A stretch of DNA of 32,187 nt from Macrostomum hystrix (Eukaryota > Animalia > Platyhelminthes). The notes under the pieces are model-generated. The model had not been told where the DNA came from. It was given only the letters and a program-made list of their open reading frames with translations, and ran no database searches. A program made the translations under genes and the position numbers. This document shows positions 1 to 12,121 of the stretch, one piece after another; the first letter of the stretch is position 1, and the number at the start of each line of letters is the position of its first letter. The stretch spans positions 1 through 32,187 of the forward strand of contig CATNEN010000016.1 in NCBI GenBank assembly GCA_950097015.1, read 5' to 3'.

Positions 1-781
1 TAGCTAAACCAGAGTTTGAATCGTGGCTAAACCAGAGTTTAATCATGGCTAAACCAGAGTTTGAATCATGGCTAAACCAGAGTTTGAATCGTGGCTAAAC
101 CAGAGTTTTTAATCATGGCTAAACCAGAGTTTGAATCATAGCTAAACCAGAGTCTGAATCATGGCTAAACCAGAGTTTGAATCATGGCTAAACCAGAGTT
201 TGAATCATGGCTAAACCAGAGTTTGAATCGTGGCTAAACCAGAGTTTTAATCATGGCTAAACCAGAGTTTGAATCGTGGCTAAACCAGAGTTTGAATCAT
301 GGCTAAACCGGAGTTTGAATCATGGCTAAACCAGAGTTTGAATCATAGCTAAACCAGAGTCTGAATCATGGCTAAACCAGAGTTTGAATCATGGCTAAAC
401 CAGAGCTTGAATCATGGCAAACCAGAGTTTGAATCATGGCTAACCAGAGTTTGAATCATGGTTAAACCAGAGTCTGAATCATGGCTAAACCAGAGTTTGA
501 ATCATTGCTAAACCAGAGTTTGAATCATGGCTAAACCAGAGTTTGAATCATGGCTAAACCAGAGTTTGAATCATGGCCAACCAGAGTTTGAATCATGGCT
601 AAACCAGCGTTTGAATCATGGCTTACCCAGAGTTTGAATCATGGCAAAATCAGAGATTGAATCATGGCTAAACCAGATTTTGAATCATGGCTAAACCAGA
701 ATTTCAATCGTGGCTAAAACAGAGTTTGAATCATTGCTAAACCAGAGTTTGAATCATAGGAAAACCAGGGTGTGAATCATA
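1..781. repeat. 23-bp tandem array (GCTAAACCAGAGTTTGAATCATG)n
   Basis: Period 23 read directly (ATCATGG at 181 and 204). Confidence 0.97.
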
Positions 782-913
782 GCAATTTTTTTTGCCATTG
801 ATGAATTCTCATATAACGTCATAATGATATACATTTGTATGAAAATAATTTTGTCTGATATTCAACTAATGTTGTTCTTCTCAATTTTCTACAATAGCAG
901 CTAATAAAAAATT

Positions 914-3769
914 CAACTGGGGAACATTGTCAACTGGGGAGTCTTCATAAAATAGGGGATCATGGTAGACTGCGGGATAATCGTCAACTGGGGGATCATT
1001 GTCAACTGTGGGATTATTGTAAACTGGGGGGATCATCATCAAATGGGGGTTCATTGTCAACTGGGGGAACATTGTCAACTTGGGGATCATTGTCAACTAG
1101 GGGATCATTGTCAACTGGGTAATCATCATCAACTGGGTGATCATCATTTACTGGGGGATCATTGTCAAATGGGGGAACATTTATTGACTGGGGATCATTG
1201 TCAACTGGGGGATCATTGTCAACTGGGCGATCATTGTCAACTGGGGGATCATTGTCAACTGGGGGATCATCATCAACTGGGGATCATTGTCAGCTGGGGA
1301 ATCATTGTCGACTGGGAATCATTGTCAACTGGGGGATCATTGTCAACTGTCGACTGTGGGAAATAAATGTACACAACCAACCGCGAGACTGAGTGTACTC
1401 TATTTTCTTACTTCATTGTACAAAGCCAGAACTTTGAGAATTCATTTTATAAGGCTGATTTTTGCACCCACTAACCAACAGTCGGAATAGCCGATGTGTA
1501 GGCACTAGGAATAGGTTAGGCTAGGCTAGGGTTCGATTCTGCACTGCGTCAAATCATTTAGACTAATTTTCAGCCAGTAGTGATTGAAGACTATTTTAAT
1601 TTATTTTTTTCATTTCGTAAATAAAATATTGCTTGGTTGGTTGGTTGTAATTGATTTTCATCATTTACTGGGGGATCATTGTCAACTGGGGGAACATTTA
1701 TTGGCTGGGGATCATTGTCAACTGGGGGATCATTGTCAACTGGGCGATCATTGTCAACTGGGGGATCATTGTCAACTGGGGGATCATCATCAACTGGGGA
1801 TCATTGTCAGCTGGGGAATCATTGTCGACTGGGGAATCATTGTCAACTGGGGGATCATTGTCAACTGGGGGATCATCATCAACTGGGTATCATTGTCAAC
1901 TGGGGGATCATTGTCGACTGTGGGATCATTGTCAACTGGGTATCATTGTCAGCTGGGGGATCATTGTCAATTGGGGGAACATTGTCAACTGGGGATCTTC
2001 ATCAATGGGGAGTCATCATCAACTGGGAGATCATTGTCAACTTGGGGATCATTGTCAACTGGGGGATCATTGTCAACTGGGTAATCATCATCAACTGGGT
2101 GATCATCATTTACTGGGGATCATTGTCAACTGGGGGAACATTTATTGACTGGGGATCATTGTCAACTGGGCGATCATTGTCAACTGGGGGATCATTGTCA
2201 ACTGGGGGATCATCATCAACTGGGGATCATTGTCAACTGGAGTAACATTGTCAACTGGGGATCTTCATCAATGGGGAGTCATCACCAACTGGGGGATCAT
2301 TGTCAACTGGGTGATCATCATCAATTGGGGGATCATTGTCAACTGGGGAATCATTGTAAACTGGGGGATCATTGTCAACTGGGGGATCATTGTCAACTGG
2401 GGGATCATCATCACCTGGGGTATCATTGTCAACTGGGGGATCATTGTCGACTGTGGGATCATTGTCAACTGGGTATCATTGTAAACTGGGGGATCATTGT
2501 CAACTGGGGATCATTGTCAACTGGGGGAACATTGTCAACTTGTTGTCATCATCAATGGGGAGTCATCATCAACTGGGGGATCATTGTCAACTGGGTGATC
2601 ATCATCAATTGGGGGATCATTGTCAACTGGGGAATCATTGTCGACTGTGGGATCATTGTCAACTGGGTATCATTGTAAACTGGGGGATCATTGTCAACTG
2701 GGGATCATTGTCAACTGGAGTAACATTGTCAACTGGGGATCTTCATCAATGGGGAGTCATCACCAACTGGGGGATCATTGTCAACTGGGTGATCATCATC
2801 AATTGGGGGATCATTGTCAACTGGGGAATCATTGTCGACTGGGGAATCATTGTCAACTGGGGGATCATTGTCAACTGGGGGATCATTGTAAACTGGGGGA
2901 TCATCATCAACTGGGGTATCATTGTCAACTGGGGGATCATTGTCGACTGTGGGATCATTGTCAACTGGGTATCATTGTAAACTGGGGGATCATTGTCAAC
3001 TGGGGATCATTGTCAACTGGGGGAACATTGTCAACTTGTTGTCATCATCAATGGGGAGTCATCATCAACTGGGGGATCATTGTGAACTGGGGATCTTTGT
3101 CAACTGGGGAATCATTGTCGACTGTGGGATCATTGTCAACTGGGTATCATTGTAAACTGGGGGATCTTTGTCAACTGGGGATCATTGTCAACTGGAGTAA
3201 CATTGTCAACTGGGGATCTTCATCAATGGGGAGTCATCACCAACTGGGGGATCATTGTCAACTGGGTGATCATCATCAATTGGGGGATCATTGTCAACTG
3301 GGGAATCATTGTCGACTGGGGAATCATTGTCAACTGGGGGATCATTGTCAACTGGGGGATCATTGTAAACTGGGGGATCATCATCAACTGGGGTATCATT
3401 GTCAACTGGGGATCATTGTCGACTGTGGGATCATTGTCAACTGGGTAGCATTGTCAGCTGGGGATCTTCATCAATGGGGAGTCATCACCAACTGGGGGAT
3501 CATTGTCAACTGGGTGATCATCATCAATTGGGGGATCATTGTCAACTGGGGAATCATTGTCACATGGGGGATCATTGTCAACTGGGGGATCATTGTCAAC
3601 TGTGGGATCATTGTAAACTGGGGGATCATTGTCAACTGGGGATCATTGTCAACTGGGGGTCATCATCAATGGGGAGTCATCATCAACTGGGGGATCATTG
3701 TCAACTGGGGAATCATTGTCGACTGCGGGATCATTGCTAACTGGGGGATCATTGTCAACTGGGGGATCA
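914..3769. repeat. 18-bp tandem array (GGGGGATCATTGTCAACT)n, interrupted at 1360-1658
   Basis: Direct periodicity; source of the spurious GDHCQL/WGIIVN ORFs. Confidence 0.97.
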
Positions 3770-4253
3770 ATGTAGAATTAAAAAGCTGTAAATTCAGCTG
3801 CTTAAAGGTATATAATAGACGAATTAAAAATATTTCTGCTCCCCGAAGGGGGGCAAAACTTGCTAGTATATACTAAAAATGAAATGGTTGCTTGGTTGCT
3901 TGTAATTGATTTTCTCCCGAACGGCTCAACCGATTTTCACCATTTCTTCACCAAAATATGCCAAATATGGGCAGAATTTTACACGTATTTTTAATATGCT
4001 TAACTTCATTGTTAAGGGGATTAAATATTCGAAAAACTGTTTTAGATAGGATTTTTAATGCATTTCATCAGAGCCAGTTTTGTCAACGTGCATTCCACTG
4101 CCAATTTTATTGATTGCATCAGGGCCAGTTTTGTTAATAGTGAGTACACTGATAAGAATTTCACTGTGTCAAATGTACATAGCTATGTCAACCCCACTGA
4201 CGAGACAGTCAGTACGAATTTATAAATAGATTACATCACAGCTTTTCTCACCC

Positions 4254-4271
4254 GTGTGTGTGTGTGTGTGT
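4254..4271. repeat. (GT)n microsatellite
   Basis: GTGTGTGTGTGTGTGTGT seen directly. Confidence 0.9.
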
Positions 4272-4394
4272 TTGATTTGAATAGGTAAAATGTGCATAGC
4301 AGACTTCAATTCAACGATATATTGAGACATCTACTCCTTTCTTACTACAACATATAAATCATCAAATCTTTAACAAAATTTCAATCGAGAAAAG

Positions 4395-6745
4395 TGTCCA
4401 ACAGTTTTTTAAATGTCCAACAGTTTTTTAAATGTCCTACAGTTTTCTACATGTGTTTACCAGTATTCTAAACGTGTTTACCAGTATTCTAAAAGTGTTT
4501 ACCAGTTTTCTACATGTGTTTACCAGTATTCTAAAAGTGTTCACCAGTATTCTAAAAGTGTTTACCAGTATTCTAAATGTGTTTACCAGTATTCTAAAAG
4601 TGTTTACCAGTATTCTTAAAGTGTTTACCAGTATTCTAAAAGTGTTTACCAGTATTCTAAATGTGTTTACCAGTATTCTAAAAGTGTTTACCAGTATTCT
4701 AAAAGTGTTTACCTTTTTAGTTTTTTAAATGTCCAACTTTTTTTTTAATTGTCCTACAGTTTTCTACATGTGTTTACCAGTATTCTAAATGTGTTTACCA
4801 GTATTTTAAATGTGTTTACCAGTATTCTAAAAGTGTTTACCAGTTTTCTAAATGTGTTTACCAGTATTCTAAATGTGTTTACCAGTATTCTAAATGTGTT
4901 TACCAGTATTCTAAATGTGTTTACCAGTATTCTAAAAGTGTTTACCAGTATTCTAAATGTGTTTACCAGTATTTTAAATGTGTTTACCAGTATTCTAAAT
5001 GTGTTTACCAGTATTCTAAATGTGTTTACCAGTATTCTAAATGTGTTTACCAGTATTCTAAAAGTGTTTACCAGTATTCTAAATGTGTTTACCAGTATTT
5101 TAAATGTGTTTACCAGTATTCTAAATGTGTTTACCAGTATTCTAAATGTGTTTACCAGTATTCTAAATGTTTTTACCAGTAGTCTAAATGTGTTTACCAG
5201 TATTCTAAAAGTGTTAACCAGTTTTCTAAATGTGTTTACCAGTATTCTAAATGTGTTTACCAGTATTCTAAATGTGTTTACCAGTATTCTAAATGTGTTT
5301 ACCAGTATTCTAAAGTGTTTACCAGTATTCTAAATGTGTTTACCAGTATTCTAAAAGTGTTTACCAGTATTCTAAATGTTTTTACCAGTAGTCTAAATGT
5401 GTTTACCAGTATTATAAATGTGTTTACCAGTTTTCTAATTGAGTTTACCAGTTTCTAAATGTGTTTACCTGTTTTCAAAATGTGTTTACCAGTATTTTAA
5501 ATGTGTTTAACATTTTTCTAAAAGTCTTCAACTGTTTTCTAAAAGTGTTTAACCGTTTTCTAAATGTATTTATCAGTTTTCTAAATGTATTTATCAGTTT
5601 TCAAAATGTGTTTACCAGTATTCTAAATGTGTTTAACATTTTTCTAAAAGTCTTCAACTGTTTTCTAAAAGTGTTTACCTGTTTTCAAAATGTGTTTACC
5701 TGTTTTCAAAATGCGTTTACCAGTATTTTAAATGTGTTTAACATTTTTCTAAAAGTCTTCAACTGTTTTCTAAAAGTGTTTAACCGTTTTCTAAATGTAT
5801 TTATCAGTTTTCTAAATGTATTTATCAGTATTCTAAATGTGTTTACCAGTATTCTTAATGTGTTTAACATTTTTCTAAAAGTCTTCAACTGTTTTCTAAA
5901 AGTGTTTAACCGTTTTCTAAATGTATTTATCAGTTTTCTAAATATATTTATCAGTTTTCAAAATGTGTTTACCAGTTATTCTAAATGTGTTTAACATTTT
6001 TCTAAATGTGTTTACCAGTTTTCTAAATGTGTTTATCAGTTTTCTAAATGTGTTTACCAGTTTTCTAAATGTGTTTATCAGTTTTCTAAATGTGTTTACG
6101 AGTATTCTAAATGTGTTTAACAGTTTTCTAAATGTCTTTAACAGTTTTGTAAATGTGTCCAACAGTTTTTAATGTGTTTACATAGTTTTCTAAATGTGTT
6201 TACCAGTATTATAAATGTGTTTAACAGTTTTTAAATGTGTCCAACAGTTTTCTAAAAGTGTTTAACCGTTTTCTAAATGTGTTTAACAGCTTTCTAAATG
6301 TGTCTAAAAGTTTTTTTAATGTGTTTATAGGTTTCTAAATGTGTTCAACAGTTTTCGCAATGTGTTTAACATTTTTCTAAATGTGTTTACCTGTTTTCTA
6401 AATGCGTTTTCCAGTGTTCTAAATATGTTTAACAGTTTTCTAAATCCGTTTTCCAGTATTCTAAATGTTTTTTTCCAGAATTCTAAATGTGTTTATCAGT
6501 TTTCTAAACGTTTATATTAGTTTTCTAAATGTGTTTAACATTTGTCTAAAAGTGTTTAACTGTTTTCTAAATGTGTTTATCAGTTTTCTAAATGTGTTAA
6601 ATAGTTTTTTAAAGGTGTAAATCGTTTTTCAAAATGTTTCCAGTAGTTTTTTAATGTGTTTAATAATTTTCTAAATGATTTCAAGAGTTTTCTAAATGTG
6701 TCCAGTAATTACCGCTTTTCTAAATGCGTCTAAAAGTTTTTTAAT
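4395..6745. repeat. 21-bp tandem array (GTGTTTACCAGTATTCTAAAT)n
   Basis: Direct periodicity; homogeneous at ~4750-5400 and increasingly divergent toward 6745. Confidence 0.96.
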
Positions 6746-6767
6746 TCGTTTATTGGTTAAAAATGGT

Positions 6768-7345
6768 TATTTGCTGCTGGTGGGATTAGTTCTCTGCTGC
6801 AGGGGGGGGATTAGTTCTCTGCTGCAGGGGGGGAATTAGTTCTCTGCTGCTGGGGGGAATTAGGGGGGGAATTAGTTCTCTGCTGCTGAGGGGAATTAGG
6901 GGGGAATTAGTTCTCTGCTGCTGAGGGGAATTAGGGGGGAATTAGTTCTCTGCTGCTGAGGGGAATTAGGGGAGAATTAGTTCTCTGCTGCTGGGGGGGA
7001 ATTAGGGGGGAATTACTGCTGGGGGGAATTAGTTCTCTGCTGCTGAGGGGAATTAAGGGGGAATTAGCTCTCTGCTGCTGGGGAGAATTAGTTCTCTGCT
7101 GCTGGGGGGAATTAGGGGGAATTAGTTCTCTGCTGCTGGGGGGAATTAGTTCTCTGCTGCTGTGGGGAATTAGTTCTCTACTGCTGGGGGGAATTAGTTC
7201 TCTGCTGCTGGGGGGAATTAGGGGGGAATTAGTTCTCTGCTGCAGGGGGGAAATTAGTTCTCTGCTGCTGGGGGGAATTAGGGGGGAATTAGTTCTTTGC
7301 TGCAGGGGGGAAATTAGTTCTCTGCTGCTGAGGGGGGGGACATTC
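6768..7345. repeat. G-rich minisatellite (G5-7 AATTAGTTCTCTGCTGCTG)n with interspersed GGGGGGAATTA subunits
   Basis: Direct periodicity of about 24-36 bp. Confidence 0.95.
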
Positions 7346-8264
7346 GTTTTTATTGCTGAGGGGATAGTATTCACATGTACCCCAGTAGCATTAAGCTGAG
7401 TTGTATCAAACGGAAGTTACTTGGGTTATTTTTGCCCCAATGGGGCTCTTGGTGTACTGACCGAATGTCTCAGAATGTATTCAAGCTCAGCCTGACTATT
7501 TTTGTATTTAGTGAGAATTCTGATTCTCGTTGACTCGCAATAACGTATATTCGCAATCAGGGAAATTATGACTGACGAAATGAGTTTACGTTTTTGTTTG
7601 CTTTCAGGTGTTTTATCCTTCTGCATTGCACAAGATTTTTTTGTCTGACCAGTAGTGCTCCCCGAAGGGGGGCAAAACTTGCTAGTCTAATATACTAAAA
7701 ATGAACTGTTTACTTACTTGGTTGTAATTGATTTTCTCCCGAACGGCTCAACCGATTTTCACCATTTCTTCACCAAAAGATGCCAAATATGGGGACAATT
7801 TACACGTATTTTTATTAAGCCTAACTTTATTGCTAAAGGGATTAAATATTCGAAAAACATGATTTTTCAAAGGTCAAACCATCTTGGCCTATTGAGAATT
7901 TTACTCACTGCCGCTGAATTGGAATTGCATCGTCAAATTGCGCAACACCCCCTCGCTGACTGAGTTAGAAGCCTGCACTCTGGAGACAAATTTGAAATAA
8001 ATGTACACAACCAACCGCGAGACTGAGTGTACTCTATTTTCTCACTTCATTGTACAAAGCCAGAACTTTGAGAATTCATTTTATAAGGCTGATTTTTGCA
8101 CCCACCAACCAACAGTCGGAATAGCCGATGTGTAGGCACTAGGAATAGGTTATAGGCTAGGCTAGGGTTCGATTCTGCACTGCGTCAAATCATTTAGACT
8201 ACTTTTCAGCCAGTAGTGATTGAAGATTATTTTGATTTTTTTTTTCATTTCGTAAATAAAATAT

Positions 8265-8990
8265 CATAAATCATAGCAAACCTGAGTTTGAATCATGGCA
8301 AAAATAGAGCTTGAATCATGGCTAAACCAGCGTCTGAATCATGGCTAAACCAGAGTTTGAATCATGGCAAAAATAGAGCTTGAATCATGGCTAAACCAGA
8401 GTTTGAATCATGGCAAAACCAGAGTCTGAATCATGGCTAAACCAGAGTTTGAATCATGGCTAAACCAGGGTCTGAATCATGGCTAAAACAGAGTTTAAAT
8501 CATGGCTAAACCAGAGTCTGAATCATGGCTAAACCAGAGTTTGAATCATGGCTAAACCAGGGTCTGAATCATGGCTAAACCAGAGTCTGAATCATGGCTA
8601 AACCATAGTCTGAATCATGGCTAAACCAGAGTCTGAATCATGGCAAAACCAGAGTCTGAATCATGGCTAAAACAGAGTTTAAATCATAGCTAAACCAGCG
8701 TCTGAATCATGGCTAAACCAGCGTCTGAATCATGGCTAAACCAGAGTCTGAATCATGGCTAAACCAGCGTCTGAATCATGGCTAAACCAGCGTCTGAATC
8801 ATGGCTAAACCAGAGTCTGAATCATGGCTAAACCAGAGTCTGAATCATGGCTAAACCAGAGTCCGAATCATGGCTAAACCAGAGTTTGAATCATGGCTAA
8901 ACCAGAGTTTGCATCATGGCTAAACCAGAGTCTGAATCATGGCTAAACCAGAGTCTGAATCATGGCTAAACCAGCGTTTGAATCATGGCA
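8265..8990. repeat. 23-bp tandem array (same family as 1-781)
   Basis: GCTAAACCAGAGTCTGAATCATG units. Confidence 0.97.
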
Positions 8991-9135
8991 AAATTTTTCT
9001 TTTGTCATTGAATTGAATTTTGAGTTTGTTATCTCATAACGTCATAATGATATAATTTGTATGATAAATATTTTGCCTAATAATCATTTAATTGTTGTTC
9101 TTCTCAATTTTCTACAAAAGAAGCTAATATAAAAA

Positions 9136-10612
9136 TTAACTGGGCAACATTGTCAACTGGGCATCATCATCAATAAGGAGTCCTCATCAAATGGGGGATC
9201 ATTGTCAACTGGGGGATCATTGTCAACTGGGGGATCATTGTCAACTGGGTGATCATTGTCAACTGGGGGATCATTGTCAACTGGGGATCATTGTCAACTG
9301 GGGGATCATTGTCAACTGTGAGATCATTGTCAACTGGGGGATCATTGTCAACTGGGGGATCATTGTCAACTGGGTGATCATTGTCAACTGGGGATCATCA
9401 TCAACTGGGGGATCATTGTAAACTGGGGGATCATTGTCAACTGTGGGATCATTGTCAACTGGGGGATCATTGTCAACAAGGGGATCATTGTGAACTGGGG
9501 GATCATTGTCAACTGGGGATCATTGTCAACTGGGGGAACATTGTCAACTGGGGGATCATTGTCAACTGGGGGATCATTGTCAACTGGGTGATCATTGTCA
9601 ACTGGGGGATCATTGTCAACTGAGGGATCATTGTCAACTGGGGTATCATTATCAACTGGGGGATCATTGTCAACTTGGGAATGATTGTCAAATGGGTGTT
9701 CATTGTCAACTGGGGGATCATTGTCAACTGGGAGATCATTGTCAACTGGGGGATCATTGTCAACTGGGGGATCATTGTCAACTGGGGTATCATTATCAAC
9801 TGGGGGATCATCATCAACTGGGTGATCATTGTCAACTGGGGGATCATTGTCATCTGAGGGATCATTGTCAACTGGGGTATCATTATCAACTGGGGGATCA
9901 TTGTCAACTGGGGAATGATTGTCAAATGGGTGTTCATTGTCAACTGGGGATCATTGTCAACTGGGAGATCATTGTCAACTGGGGGATCATTGTCAACTGT
10001 GGGATCATTGTCAACTGGGGGATCATTGTCAACTGGGTGATCATTGTGAACTGGGGGATCATTGTCAACTGGGGATCATTGTCAACTGGGGGATCATTGT
10101 CAACTGGGGGATAATTGTCAACTGGGGGATCATTGTCAACTGTGAGATCATTGTCAACTGGGTGATCATTGTCAACTGGGGGATCATTGTCAACTGGGGG
10201 ATCATTGTAAACTGGGGGATCATTGTCAACTGTGAGATCATTGTCAACTGGGGGATCATTGTCAACTGGGGGATCATTGTCAACTGGGTGATCATTGTCA
10301 ACTGGGGGATCATCATCAACTGGGGGATCATTGTCAACTGTGGGATCATTGTCAACTGGGGGATCATTGTCAACAAGGGGATCATTGTGAACTGGGGGAT
10401 CATTGTCAACTGGGGATCATGTCAACTGGGGGTTCATTGTCAACTGGGGGATCATTGTCAACTGGGGGATCATCATCAACTGGGGGATCATTGTCAACTG
10501 GGGATCATTGTCAACTGGGGGTTCATTGTCAACTGGGGGATCATTGTCAACTGGGGGATCATCATCAACTGGGGGATCATTGTCAACTGGGGGATCATTG
10601 TCAACTGGGGGT
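9136..10612. repeat. 18-bp tandem array (same family as 914-3769)
   Basis: GGGGGATCATTGTCAACT units. Confidence 0.97.
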
Positions 10613-11586
10613 TTATTTTAGCTTTAAAAAGCTGTAAATTCAGCTGCTAAACAGTATATACAAGACGAATTAAAAATATTTCTGCTCCCCGAAGGGGGGC
10701 AAAACATGCTAGTCTTCTAGCTATAGATCTAATGAGTCGAAATGGCCTAATCTGCAATTAATTGTACGAAACTACACTCAAAAAATGTATCAATGTAATA
10801 ACACCTCAATGAAAATAGAATTTGTCTCTCTGATTCTTCTATTAATTCAACTTTAAAGATGATATGAATATGTGCATATATGTATTATATTCAAGTAATT
10901 GCACAACGTATATATTTTTCGTTTTTACGAGCGTAATAATGCGCCATACGTGTAATTTCACAATTACATAATCTCTATTTACACTTTCTCCATAATCATT
11001 TAACTTTAAACACAGTTTTTCAGTACTTATCTAATCCTTCTCAATAAAAGTGTCATAATTGCTTCAACATCAACGTGCAAAATCTAATTAGCTCCAGTCT
11101 GCAGCTTTGATCGACAGCTGCTCACAAAAATTATCTGCATATTATTGTATAAGGCTTAGTGGTTGAAGCAAAATTGTTTATTATAGCAAGCAATTATATC
11201 TAAACCCTAGTTAAATTTTGTGTGTTTTCAAGACCAATCGCAACTAATGATAGTTGTTTGTGCAGTAAGATTTAATTCAACGTGTTAAAGAAATCGCGCG
11301 TCACAATTAGCTTACAAAATGTACACAAATACATGTGCGGTTCCATTTTGACCTGAATTAAGAACATTCAAAGTGACGGAAATTTCGAGCGATAACTTTA
11401 CCAGCAGTAAAATATTAATTATGACCAATTTCGTGATTTTAATTTGCCCTGTCTGCTATGTTTATATCCGCCACAGACTTTACAAAGTTGACGCTGTGCC
11501 GAGAAGCTCGAGATTGTGCCAACTCGCCTGCTCAGCGGCTGATGATCCGATCTGCTGCGCTGGCGGTGTCACAGCTAAGAACTTCT

Positions 11587-11638
11587 GTCACGCCCACAGA
11601 TAAATATATAACAGTTATATATTATCTGTGGTCACGCC
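11587..11638. mobile_element. 36-bp palindromic insertion (11595-11630) flanked by an 8-bp direct repeat GTCACGCC; minimal MITE or transposon remnant
   Basis: GTCACGCC | CACAGATAAATATATAAC A GTTATATATTATCTGTG | GTCACGCC; the arms are reverse complements apart from one A. Confidence 0.7.
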
Positions 11639-12121
11639 TGGTGCCTCGGTGTCAGCGAAGCCTGTTGGCCCGGGCCCTGCCAGCTAGATATGGGAGGCCA
11701 CAGAGCAGATGCCGAGATCCGCTGAACTGCATGTGTGGGCCACCTTCAGCCTGACTAACCGCGACGGCGGTAGAGCACTGCAAGAAGCACACGCGGCTAT
11801 GATATGTCGAGATGAGGGAAGCTTGCAGTAATATTAAGTGGAGTCGGTAAACCCGCAAGGGCTGTTTCGCTTGGAAGTTGCTTAATTTGTGCAACTGAAT
11901 AAAGCTTGTGAAGTGCATGAATATGTATTTTCAATTCGTACGATAAATTTATATAGAATATAAAATCATGCACTACTGCAGGTGTATATAAACAGGATGC
12001 TTAGGTGCATGCTTTCATGGTTTAGTAAATTTCATGCGTTAACTCGACATAAATTTTAATGATTATTTATATGGTTATGGGTAACTGTTGTGGGTTTCGT
12101 TACGATAATTCCGTAAATAGT

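Larger units (their letters stand above)
1..3866 (+). mobile_element. Non-autonomous Helitron-like element, copy A (5' end outside the window)
   Basis: Ends in hairpin GCTCCCC-GAA-GGGGGGC (3838-3854), then AAAACTTG and CTAG (3863-3866) followed by T, the canonical Helitron 3' end. Internal order (23-bp array, ~135-bp spacer, 18-bp array, ~100-bp tail) is collinear with copy C. Confidence 0.8.
3867..7685 (+). mobile_element. Non-autonomous Helitron-like element, copy B (different interior)
   Basis: First ~170 bp (3867-4037) align with the 5' end of copy C (7686-7858), including GTAATTGATTTTCTCCCGAACGGCTCAACCGATTTTCACC. Ends in the same hairpin (7657-7673) plus AAAACTTGCTAG (7685). Confidence 0.75.
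7686..10712 (+). mobile_element. Non-autonomous Helitron-like element, copy C (complete, 3027 bp)
   Basis: Starts TC (TCTAATATACTAAAAATG) and ends with hairpin 10684-10700 plus AAAACATGCTAG, followed by T. No TIR, no TSD, no RepHel ORF. Confidence 0.85.

Noticed and set aside
1503-1531. TAGGTTAGGCTAGGCTAGGG resembling telomeric repeat (also ~8140-8168)
   Set aside because: Only 3-4 degenerate units inside a duplicated element segment; not a telomeric array.
4192-4232. Small hairpin ACTGAC-GAGACA-GTCAGT followed by TTTATAAATAGAT, possibly the end of a nested element
   Set aside because: Single occurrence with no matching other end or TSD in the window.
1-10612. CRISPR-like appearance of regularly spaced repeats
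   Set aside because: The units are contiguous with no unique spacers, there are no cas genes, and the context is eukaryotic.
881-10650. Long ORFs with GDHCQL, WGIIVN, FTSILNV and MIPQLT repeats suggesting repetitive proteins
   Set aside because: The 18-bp and 21-bp units are multiples of three and stop-free in several frames on both strands. They lie within non-autonomous elements and show no splice or codon signal.
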